DNA of 64,000 nt from a virus: the IMG/VR virus record IMGVR_UViG_3300009071_000007; one strand, written 5' to 3'. Both the position numbers and the translations under genes were made by a program. The notes beneath the pieces are model-generated. The model searched no databases. It was not told the DNA's origin and saw only the letters and a program-made list of their open reading frames with translations. Positions 1 to 7,094 of this stretch are shown in pieces (positions within the stretch are counted from its first letter, which is position 1; the number at the start of each line of letters is the position of its first letter).

Positions 1-1
1 A

Positions 2-655
2 AGGACTGATGTGTTCGGGAACGAAGGCCCTCAACTAGAGTCTGATGTTTATAACGAGAACAAAACGTTGATACACGAAGTAGGGCACTTTGTTAGCTTG
101 CATCATGTATTCAGGAACGTAGATAACTGCGGACAAAATCTTGGGGATTGTTTAGAAACAGGGGACTTTGTTTGTGATACTCCCCCAACTAAACTTAACT
201 GGAGTTGTGAAAACCCTATTTGCCCACCTGGGGCGTACGACTACACTCCCAATAACCACATGGACTACTACGTGGATTCATGCAGAACTAATTTTACCCC
301 CGGCCAAATAGAACGGATACACGCCGCACTCCCGGTGCTACGCCCCGGCCTTACGGACCAGCCAACCTTCTGCTTAGGAGATGTAAGCGGGGATTTAGTA
401 GTGGGGATGAATGACATGCTGCTTATGCTTGCAAACTGGGAGGACCCATACTGGGCTCCAGGAGATTTAAACAATAACGGATACTTCAACGTAATAGACT
501 TTTCAATACTTCTAGGTCAGTGGGGCACAATATGTTTTGGGGCGGAGCTTGACCCATTCTACAGGGAAAAAAAGATATCAATAGAATACGAAAATGCTTC
601 AGGATTATTAGATTTGCTAAACAAATACAGAAGCAATGGAACTGGAAGTAATTAG
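2..655 (+). CDS. Zn-metallopeptidase, M43 (ulilysin/pappalysin/cytophagalysin-like) catalytic domain plus C-terminal dockerin-like repeats; 5' partial, continues left of the window
   Basis: The frame is open from the left window edge, so the N-terminus is missing. The HEVGHFVSLHH zinc site is followed by a Cys-rich GDFVCDTP..NHMDYY..FTPGQIERI block. This matches the M43B signature HExxHxxGxxH..DTP..NxMdY..FTxgQ. The C-terminus has two dockerin/EF-hand-like loops (GDVSGDLVVGMNDMLLML; GDLNNNGYFNVIDFSILL). Confidence 0.8.
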   Translation, partial: RTDVFGNEGPQLESDVYNENKTLIHEVGHFVSLHHVFRNVDNCGQNLGDCLETGDFVCDTPPTKLNWSCENPICPPGAYDYTPNNHMDYYVDSCRTNFTPGQIERIHAALPVLRPGLTDQPTFCLGDVSGDLVVGMNDMLLMLANWEDPYWAPGDLNNNGYFNVIDFSILLGQWGTICFGAELDPFYREKKISIEYENASGLLDLLNKYRSNGTGSN

Positions 656-1106
656 AATTAGCTCAGAAAAAGACAGCACACTTGGTGTGCTTTTTAACGT
701 CACAGATAAAAAGAGAGAGTTTTTGTGCTACACGCTAGAAGATGAATACAGAGAGCAAAAAGTTATGCATGAAACCCGCATCCCTGCTGGGACATATGAA
801 ATCAAACTTCGTACATGGGGTGGAGTTCATGAAAAATACAGTAAACGCTTTGCTGACATTCATAAAGGGACTCTTTGGCTTCAAGATGTTCCTAATTTTA
901 AGTATATTCTTATCCATTGCGGTAATGACGATGATGATACTAGTGGGTGTTTACTCGTGGGGAACACGCAAACGGAAAATGTAGAATCCGACGGCTTTGT
1001 GGGATCATCAGTAACGGCATACAGAAGAATATACCCCCCAATTGCTAAAGCAATAGAAAATGGGGAATGCGTAGAAATTACTTACATAGATTTTGATACT
1101 ATATAA
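636..1106 (+). CDS. DUF5675-like protein with YkuD-like His/Cys pocket (candidate cell-wall peptidase)
   Basis: 156-aa ORF overlapping the preceding stop by 20 nt. The pattern STLGVL..FLCYTLED..IPAGTYEIKL..FKYILIHCGNDDDDTSGCLLVG is what I recall for Pfam DUF5675. The H-x(9)-SGC segment resembles the YkuD L,D-peptidase active site. Assignment is from memory, not searched. Confidence 0.5.
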   Translation: MELEVIRISSEKDSTLGVLFNVTDKKREFLCYTLEDEYREQKVMHETRIPAGTYEIKLRTWGGVHEKYSKRFADIHKGTLWLQDVPNFKYILIHCGNDDDDTSGCLLVGNTQTENVESDGFVGSSVTAYRRIYPPIAKAIENGECVEITYIDFDTI

Positions 1107-1124
1107 CTTTTCTTTATATATTTG
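1092..1124 (+). promoter_or_regulatory. Bacteroidota-type sigma-A promoter candidate (TTTG -33 / TATATTTG -7)
   Basis: TTTG lies at 1092-1095. TATATTTG (TAnnTTTG consensus) lies at 1117-1124, with a 21-nt spacer, about 18 nt upstream of the 1142 ATG. The only sizeable intergenic gap in this region is here. Confidence 0.55.
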
Positions 1125-1141
1125 CTGCAAAGCAAACTATA

Positions 1142-1426
1142 ATGGCAAAGTTAAAATTCAAACCAACCCGTGACTGGGTAATATTTCCGTCCCCAAGAGT
1201 AGAAACAACCGACTCTGGTATTCACCTACTTGGGGCGGCACAAAAAGCAATCAGTACTAACGTAGTAAAAGTACACGCTGCGGGACCCGAGTGTTTAATG
1301 GTTAAAGAGGGGGACACAGTTCTTGTGCACCCAGAATCAGCAGCTCTTATTATACATTTAGATGAAGGAGAGTTTGCCTGCATCAATGAATTTCAAGTTG
1401 TAGGAGTTATTCCTAAAGCAATCTAA
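1142..1426 (+). CDS. groES: GroES-like co-chaperonin (Cpn10)
   Basis: 94 aa. It aligns by eye over its whole length with E. coli GroES: FKPTRDWVIF ~ IRPLHDRVIV; ETTDSGIHLLGAAQ ~ ETKSAGGIVLTGSAA (mobile loop); VKEGDTVLV ~ VKVGDIVIF; EFQVVGVI ~ ESDILAIV. Confidence 0.6.
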   Translation: MAKLKFKPTRDWVIFPSPRVETTDSGIHLLGAAQKAISTNVVKVHAAGPECLMVKEGDTVLVHPESAALIIHLDEGEFACINEFQVVGVIPKAI

Positions 1427-1429
1427 CTA

Positions 1430-1672
1430 ATGGACGGGACAGTAACAATCCCGTTGAAGGACTTTGATGAGTTAAGAAACTCGTCAGAGGCCGCAGTACA
1501 GATGAAACAAAAGCTCTCTATGGCTGCAAAAGAAATAGAGGTGTTTTTGTCTTTCCTGTGCACACGCGAACACATACAAACATATGTAGATGAATTCAAC
1601 ACCCAATCACTCCGATCGACAATAAAAATTGTTGATGGGAAAGCTAAAGTGCAGATCAATGAAAACTCTTAA
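1430..1672 (+). CDS. hypothetical protein (80 aa)
   Basis: ORF starts 4 nt after the preceding stop, on the same strand as its neighbours, with balanced charged composition. No motif recognised. Confidence 0.65.
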   Translation: MDGTVTIPLKDFDELRNSSEAAVQMKQKLSMAAKEIEVFLSFLCTREHIQTYVDEFNTQSLRSTIKIVDGKAKVQINENS

Positions 1673-1979
1673 AATAAAAGTAGACTCCACCTTAAAATAC
1701 CTACAAGTATTTAACGGAATACTGGAGCTAACAGACAAAGAGCTCTTAGTCCTCTCCAAATTTATTGATCTTTCAGATACAGTAAATCTATGCTCTACAG
1801 AAAACAAAAAAGCTGTAGCAAAGAGCCTAAACATGGAAGATCATAACACCCTTAACAATTATGTTAAAAAACTTAAGGACAAGGGAGCAATCAAAAAGAA
1901 CAAGAACGGGTACGCTTTGTCCCCCATACTGCTGCCTCAGAAGAGTATAAATCTTCAAATATTCTATAGCAATGAATAA
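1659..1979 (+). CDS. small winged-helix (MarR-like) DNA-binding protein candidate
   Basis: I prefer the ATG at 1659 (14-nt overlap) over the track start at 1629. LTDKELLVLSKFI..NKKAVAKSLNMEDHNTLNNYVKKLKDKGAIKKNKNGYALSP has the helix-turn-helix plus wing pattern of wHTH regulators. Confidence 0.45.
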   Translation: MKTLKIKVDSTLKYLQVFNGILELTDKELLVLSKFIDLSDTVNLCSTENKKAVAKSLNMEDHNTLNNYVKKLKDKGAIKKNKNGYALSPILLPQKSINLQIFYSNE

Positions 1980-2244
1980 GAAACTTTCCGTATTTAAAAT
2001 GCTTAGCAACTTTAAAAAAGAATTAGTAGAGTATGCAAGACAAGGAGCCCCAAGTGTGACAGAAAACAAGTACAAAGACAGATTACTTACATGTAACAAA
2101 TGCCCACATCTAAAGAATGCTTATAGGTGTGGGCTTTGTGGTTGTGTGGTAGAAGAAAAGGCTAAATGGGCAACAGCAGAGTGCCCAGATAATAGATGGG
2201 AAAAAAATGAAGGAAAAAGTAACCATACAAAAACTAGCAAGTGA
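1972..2244 (+). CDS. small Cys-rich (zinc-ribbon-like) protein
   Basis: 90 aa with CNKCPHLKNAYRCGLCGCVVEEKAKWATAEC (CxxC..CxxCxC..C). Its start overlaps the upstream stop (ATGAATAA). Confidence 0.6.
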   Translation: MNKKLSVFKMLSNFKKELVEYARQGAPSVTENKYKDRLLTCNKCPHLKNAYRCGLCGCVVEEKAKWATAECPDNRWEKNEGKSNHTKTSK

Positions 2245-2416
2245 ATATAGTCTCCCACTCCATAAAGTAGAAGAAGCAGTTTACTATCAGTTTAAATATG
2301 TGGCAGATACGATACGATCTGGAAAATTTGAGTCCGTAAGACTCCCATTTCTTGGAAAGTTCCACGTAAGAAAAGGAAGATTAAACTATTTAAATGAAAG
2401 ACCTAATAACAGTTAG
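2207..2416 (+). CDS. short HU/IHF-like DNA-binding protein candidate (lacks the beta-arm)
   Basis: 69 aa. TIQKLASEYSLPLHKVEEAVYYQFKYVADTIRSGKFESVRLPFLGKFHVR parallels the HU N-terminal half ([48 protein letters not shown]). It overlaps the preceding ORF by 38 nt. Confidence 0.4.
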   Translation: MKEKVTIQKLASEYSLPLHKVEEAVYYQFKYVADTIRSGKFESVRLPFLGKFHVRKGRLNYLNERPNNS

Positions 2417-2891
2417 TGGAAATAAGGTAATCCCCTCCCCGTACGCACTCACTATCCCGGAGTTCAAAGCTTTAAAGGTAGATGAGTTGTCTGCGGTATA
2501 TTTTTTCATAGACCATCGTTCCCCATACAGTGTATACGATAAAGAAAGCAGGTGGGAACAAATAAAAGAAGTCCTAAAGGTACGTGCTTCTCCCAATATC
2601 GAAGCTGCTATACAGGTATATGCAGAGCTATCAGAGACGTCTGCTGTAAAGCTTCTAAAAGCTGCGCGCGCATCTGTAGCAAAGCTAGAGAAATACTTTA
2701 ACGACGTAGATCTTTCTATGATGGACGATAATGGGAAACCCATATTCCATGCTAAAGACCTAATATCTAATCTATCTAACATGGCTAAAGTTGTGCAGGG
2801 GTTGGATGATCTAGAGGAGCTGGTCAAAAAACAACAACAAAAGGAGAACCCTAACCGAGGTGGGGTAGTGACTAACAAGTATTCGCAGTAA
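2394..2891 (+). CDS. hypothetical protein; small-terminase candidate by position only
   Basis: 165-aa ORF ending in a TAATG overlap with the large terminase. The mirror ORF on the minus strand (2390..2908) is Ser/Cys-rich and looks non-coding. No motif recognised. Confidence 0.7.
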   Translation: MKDLITVSGNKVIPSPYALTIPEFKALKVDELSAVYFFIDHRSPYSVYDKESRWEQIKEVLKVRASPNIEAAIQVYAELSETSAVKLLKAARASVAKLEKYFNDVDLSMMDDNGKPIFHAKDLISNLSNMAKVVQGLDDLEELVKKQQQKENPNRGGVVTNKYSQ

Positions 2892-4852
2892 TGTTTAAGG
2901 ACACGCACTTATTTTCCCCAGCAGCTACGCATTACCTAAAACACGGGTACTATACAGATACATTAGAAGGGACAAGGGAGTATTACGACCACTGGGATAA
3001 AGAACGAAACAGGTGTTTGTACGGATTCGAGGTTAATAAGATTAGAATTACCGGATATCATTACTTCTACCTAAACTATTGCCCAATTGACCGCGCAGTA
3101 GATGAAGTACTCCCAGATGGGACGATCCAGGCTCGCAGAGAGCGTACATTTCCTGCATTCTACGACGGCGACTACAACTACTACCACGCAGTAGACCAAT
3201 GTCGTAAAGAAAACAAGCATATGTCTGTATTAAAAGCTAGACGTAAGGGATTCTCCTACAAAGCGGGGTCTATGCTAGCACGTAACTACTTCCACTTGCG
3301 TAACTCCAAGAACTTTGTATTTGCAGAGCAGAAAGAATACTTAACGGGGGACGGATTGCTATCCAAAACGTGGGACTTTATCTCATTCATAGATGATAAC
3401 ACTGCATGGACGCAGCCTCGACTGACCGACAAAGAGATGCACAAACAATCCGGATATAAAAAGAGGGTTAACGGAACTGATGTAGCATTGGGGATGAAAT
3501 CCCAGATTATCGGGGTATCACTTAAGGACAATCCGCACAAAGTCCGTGGTAAGGCAGGGGAACTTATCTTTTTTGAAGAGGCCGGCTCATTCTCAGGACT
3601 ACTAACTGCGTGGGAGATTGCAATGCCTACAATGAAGCAAGGCTCTAAGACACTTGGGACCATGATTGCCTTTGGTACTGGGGGTGAAGAGGGACACGGC
3701 TTTGAGTCACTAGAAGAGTTGTTCTATCACCCAGAAGCATACAACTGCTTATCCTTTGATAATGAGTGGGATGCAGGAGCTGTAGGAACACAGTGCGGGT
3801 ACTTTGTCCCAATCTACCAAAACCTAGATGGGTTTATGGATGAGGACGGGAACTCTTTAATTGACAAGGCTAAGGAGTTTGAAGAGGCAGCTAGAGAAAA
3901 CAAGAAGAAGGCAAACGATCCAAAGGCGCTAGACCAATATACAGCTGAGCACCCGTTTACTCCGCAAGAAGCTACACTGCAAACAACAATCAACATCTTC
4001 GATGTAACGTCTCTAAAAGAACAGTACAATAGAGTCAAGGCACACAACCTAGAAAAAGAAGGAACTGCAGGAGTACTATACCACAAAGGAGAGGGTGTAG
4101 AGTTTCGCCCAGACCCAGGAGTAAAACCTATAACTAAATTCCCACACAGAAAAGACGATAACTTAGCTGGGGGTGTAGTTGTTTATGAGAACCCGTTTAA
4201 AACCAAGGAAGGTAACACACCTCATAATCTCTATATAATATGCCATGACCCGTATGCACAAGGAAGATCCACAACCAACCAGTCGCTCGGGGCAGCATAT
4301 GTAATTAAACGACCCAACAATCTTTCTAAGCCTGACGATATAATTGTAGCTAGCTACGTAGGTCGCCCAGAAACACAGGACGAGTACAACCGTAATCTAT
4401 TCTTACTCGCAGATTACTACAACGCAAAGATTGGGTTTGAGAATGATCGTGGTGAGCTCATAGCGTATGCTAAGCGCTACCGCAAGCTACACAAACTACA
4501 AGAAGAATTTGAAATGCTAGATAAACGTGAGCTGCAATCTAGAAATGTGCGCCGGCAATATGGGATGCACATGACAGAGCAACGAAAACGTCAAGGAGAG
4601 CTTTACATAAAGGACTGGTTAATTTCTCCACGAAGTTCTGACGAAGATGGGAACATAAGGCTTAACTTACACGAGATTTACGACGTTGGATTATTACAAG
4701 AACTAATTAAATTTAACCATAAAGGTAACTTTGACCGAGTTATGGCATTTATGATTGGGATGTATCACACACGAGAGCTATATAATAAAGAGGTGGTGGA
4801 AACCATAAATGATATGGCGCAGGACGATTGGTTTGACCGGAATTATAAATAA
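2891..4852 (+). CDS. terL: terminase large subunit
   Basis: 653 aa. It has a deviant Walker A, KARRKGFSYK, like the lambda-type KSARVGYSK, and a Walker B/catalytic block ELIFFEEAG. A C-terminal acidic nuclease block (ICHDPYAQ) is present. It sits directly upstream of the portal-sized gene. Confidence 0.85.
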   Translation: MFKDTHLFSPAATHYLKHGYYTDTLEGTREYYDHWDKERNRCLYGFEVNKIRITGYHYFYLNYCPIDRAVDEVLPDGTIQARRERTFPAFYDGDYNYYHAVDQCRKENKHMSVLKARRKGFSYKAGSMLARNYFHLRNSKNFVFAEQKEYLTGDGLLSKTWDFISFIDDNTAWTQPRLTDKEMHKQSGYKKRVNGTDVALGMKSQIIGVSLKDNPHKVRGKAGELIFFEEAGSFSGLLTAWEIAMPTMKQGSKTLGTMIAFGTGGEEGHGFESLEELFYHPEAYNCLSFDNEWDAGAVGTQCGYFVPIYQNLDGFMDEDGNSLIDKAKEFEEAARENKKKANDPKALDQYTAEHPFTPQEATLQTTINIFDVTSLKEQYNRVKAHNLEKEGTAGVLYHKGEGVEFRPDPGVKPITKFPHRKDDNLAGGVVVYENPFKTKEGNTPHNLYIICHDPYAQGRSTTNQSLGAAYVIKRPNNLSKPDDIIVASYVGRPETQDEYNRNLFLLADYYNAKIGFENDRGELIAYAKRYRKLHKLQEEFEMLDKRELQSRNVRRQYGMHMTEQRKRQGELYIKDWLISPRSSDEDGNIRLNLHEIYDVGLLQELIKFNHKGNFDRVMAFMIGMYHTRELYNKEVVETINDMAQDDWFDRNYK

Positions 4853-4871
4853 TTTTTATACTTTTACAAGA

Positions 4872-7094
4872 ATGTACGGAGCCGCAAAAATACCGCAGCA
4901 ACGTCTCCCATTAAGCAAGAAGACAAAGAAATGGAGGGAGGAGTGCGTTGACGCTTTTATTAATATATCTAAGTTTGGGTTGAGTGAGCGAAGAAGCAAT
5001 CTCAAAGCCCTATACGACTATTACAATGGAGAAGTAGACGAAGCAGATTACAGGTATGTAATTAAACCATACGGAAAGACAAGAGAAAACTTTCCGTCAA
5101 AGCTTAGAAACTACCCAATCATCAAGCCCATTATTGACTTGTTGCTTGGTGAAAAATCTAAGCGCCCCCTGAACTACACTGTCACAGTTAAAAACGCAGA
5201 CTCTGTAAGCCTCAAAGAAGAGGCTAAGAAAAAGCAGCTACTTAAAACAGTGGAGGCTATGTTTCTTAAAGAGATTGCAACTCCTAAAGATCCGCAAACT
5301 CAACAGATACAGGAACAACAACCAATGCTGCCCCCACAAATTATGGAGCAGTTTGAGCGCACATACGTAGATGATAGAGCCATCAAAGGACAAGCTGCTA
5401 TCAACTACATTATGTACGAGCAGGAAATCTACGATAAGTTCCAGAAGCAATTTTTCCACTTCCTTGTATCCGGGGAAACATATTCACACAAAGGTGTTCG
5501 CCGCTCTGAACCATTCTACGACGTAATTAACCCAATTGACGTAGACTTTGACAAAGACCCAGATGTAGACTTTGTAGAGGACGGAGATTGGGCAATAATT
5601 AGACGATACTCTCACGCATCTACAGTAATCGATCAATACGGGGAGTTCCTTACAGAGGAACAGTGCCTAGAACTTGAAGACCCAAAACACCAGTCAGTAG
5701 ATACATATCTGCTGTACAGATCAGAAGCTACAGGGTCAGACGACAATATATCTCGGAACAGGCTAGTAGAGGTAGTAACCGTATACTGGAAGTCTCGAAA
5801 AAGAATTGGGTTTGTAGCATACCCAGACCCGCAGACCGGAATGGTAGAGGAGTTTGAAGTAGACGAATCTTTCCGCATGCCCGCAGAGATGAAAGAGATG
5901 GGAGCTAAAGTTGAGTGGGAGTGGGTAAACGAAGTATGGGAAGGAACTAAAATTGACGGTAGGTTCTACGTTAAGATTAGCCCAATAGCCAATCAGCGTA
6001 CGTCTCTAGACAACCCATCTGAATGCAAGCTCCCCATCAATGGATGTAAATACTCAGACATCAACTCAAATAATATCTCGCTAGTTAGTTTAGGTATCCC
6101 CTTCCAGATTAACTACAACATATTCAAGTATCGTATGGAGCTTTCGATCGCACGATCAAAAGATATTATTGCACAGTTTGATATTAACATGATCCCAAAG
6201 AAGTGGGACATGGACAAATTTATGTACTACGTAGAAGGAACTGGTATTGCCTGGGTTGACTACAATAAAGAAGGAATACAATTATCTCCACAGCACCAAT
6301 CTGTTTTGGATATGTCAATTAAGACAATCCAACAATATATTATGCTTCTTGAGACTACGATGCAGGAATGGGAAAAGATATCAGGGGTCAATAGACAACG
6401 ACAAGGAACTATTGGTGCATACGAAGGCAAAGGCTCTTCACAACAAGCTATAGTGCAGTCTTCACACATTACAGAAGACTTATTCCGTAAGTTCTCACGA
6501 TTCGAACAACGAGAACTCCAGGGTTTACTAGATTACTCTAAAGAAGCTTGGATATCTGGGAAGAAAGGAATGTATGTAATGCCTGATACTACGGCACAGT
6601 ATATTGACCTTGACTCTCTTGGGCACATGGAATCTGAGTACGGAATCTTTGTATCTGATGCAGGCAGAGACCAGGAAAATATCAGACAGGCTAAGGAGTT
6701 GTCACAGGCTATGATTCAGAACGGGATGCCAGCATCTGCAGTACTTGAATTGCTTGATACTGAAAACTTCTCTGGAATTAAAGATAAGCTTCGTAAAGCA
6801 GAAGCGGCACAGGCAGAACTTGAACAAGCGCAGCAACAAGCTCAACAACAGATGCAGCAGCAACAGATGCAAATGCAGCAGCAGCAAATGCAGGCGCAGG
6901 CTCAAGACAAAGACAGAGACCGCCAGAAAGATATCGAGATTGCTCTCATCAACGCTGAAGCCAAAGACCAAAATAATAGACTTGACATAGACCTGCAAAA
7001 GCTTGTACAGGACTATGATATCAAGCTAAAGGAAATTGACTTAAAACGTGAAGCACTAGACAAAGAGGGTGACCTTGAACCTAATGGTGAGTAA
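4872..7094 (+). CDS. portal protein candidate
   Basis: 740-aa ORF right after terL. I prefer the ATG at 4872 to the in-terL ATG at 4809. The call rests on size and position. The C-terminus is a Gln/Met-rich coiled coil. No specific motif recognised. Confidence 0.65.
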   Translation: MYGAAKIPQQRLPLSKKTKKWREECVDAFINISKFGLSERRSNLKALYDYYNGEVDEADYRYVIKPYGKTRENFPSKLRNYPIIKPIIDLLLGEKSKRPLNYTVTVKNADSVSLKEEAKKKQLLKTVEAMFLKEIATPKDPQTQQIQEQQPMLPPQIMEQFERTYVDDRAIKGQAAINYIMYEQEIYDKFQKQFFHFLVSGETYSHKGVRRSEPFYDVINPIDVDFDKDPDVDFVEDGDWAIIRRYSHASTVIDQYGEFLTEEQCLELEDPKHQSVDTYLLYRSEATGSDDNISRNRLVEVVTVYWKSRKRIGFVAYPDPQTGMVEEFEVDESFRMPAEMKEMGAKVEWEWVNEVWEGTKIDGRFYVKISPIANQRTSLDNPSECKLPINGCKYSDINSNNISLVSLGIPFQINYNIFKYRMELSIARSKDIIAQFDINMIPKKWDMDKFMYYVEGTGIAWVDYNKEGIQLSPQHQSVLDMSIKTIQQYIMLLETTMQEWEKISGVNRQRQGTIGAYEGKGSSQQAIVQSSHITEDLFRKFSRFEQRELQGLLDYSKEAWISGKKGMYVMPDTTAQYIDLDSLGHMESEYGIFVSDAGRDQENIRQAKELSQAMIQNGMPASAVLELLDTENFSGIKDKLRKAEAAQAELEQAQQQAQQQMQQQQMQMQQQQMQAQAQDKDRDRQKDIEIALINAEAKDQNNRLDIDLQKLVQDYDIKLKEIDLKREALDKEGDLEPNGE

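Noticed and set aside
742-984. 80-aa alternative-frame ORF inside the DUF5675-like gene (similarly 11891..12238 inside the capsid gene and 23391..23804 inside ORF 22718)
   Set aside because: They are fully embedded in longer ORFs that have recognisable or protein-like sequence. Their composition is basic or hydrophobic low-complexity, typical of off-frame translation.
2390-2908. 172-aa minus-strand ORF mirroring ORF 2394..2891
   Set aside because: It is Ser/Cys/Phe-rich with an unprotein-like composition, and it lies opposite to all neighbouring genes. The plus-strand ORF has normal composition and a TAATG overlap with terL.
4809-4871. Portal start at ATG 4809, as in the ORF track
   Set aside because: It would overlap terL by 44 nt. 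The ATG at 4872 lies 19 nt after the terL stop and begins a sensible N-terminus. The choice is uncertain, and either could be right.
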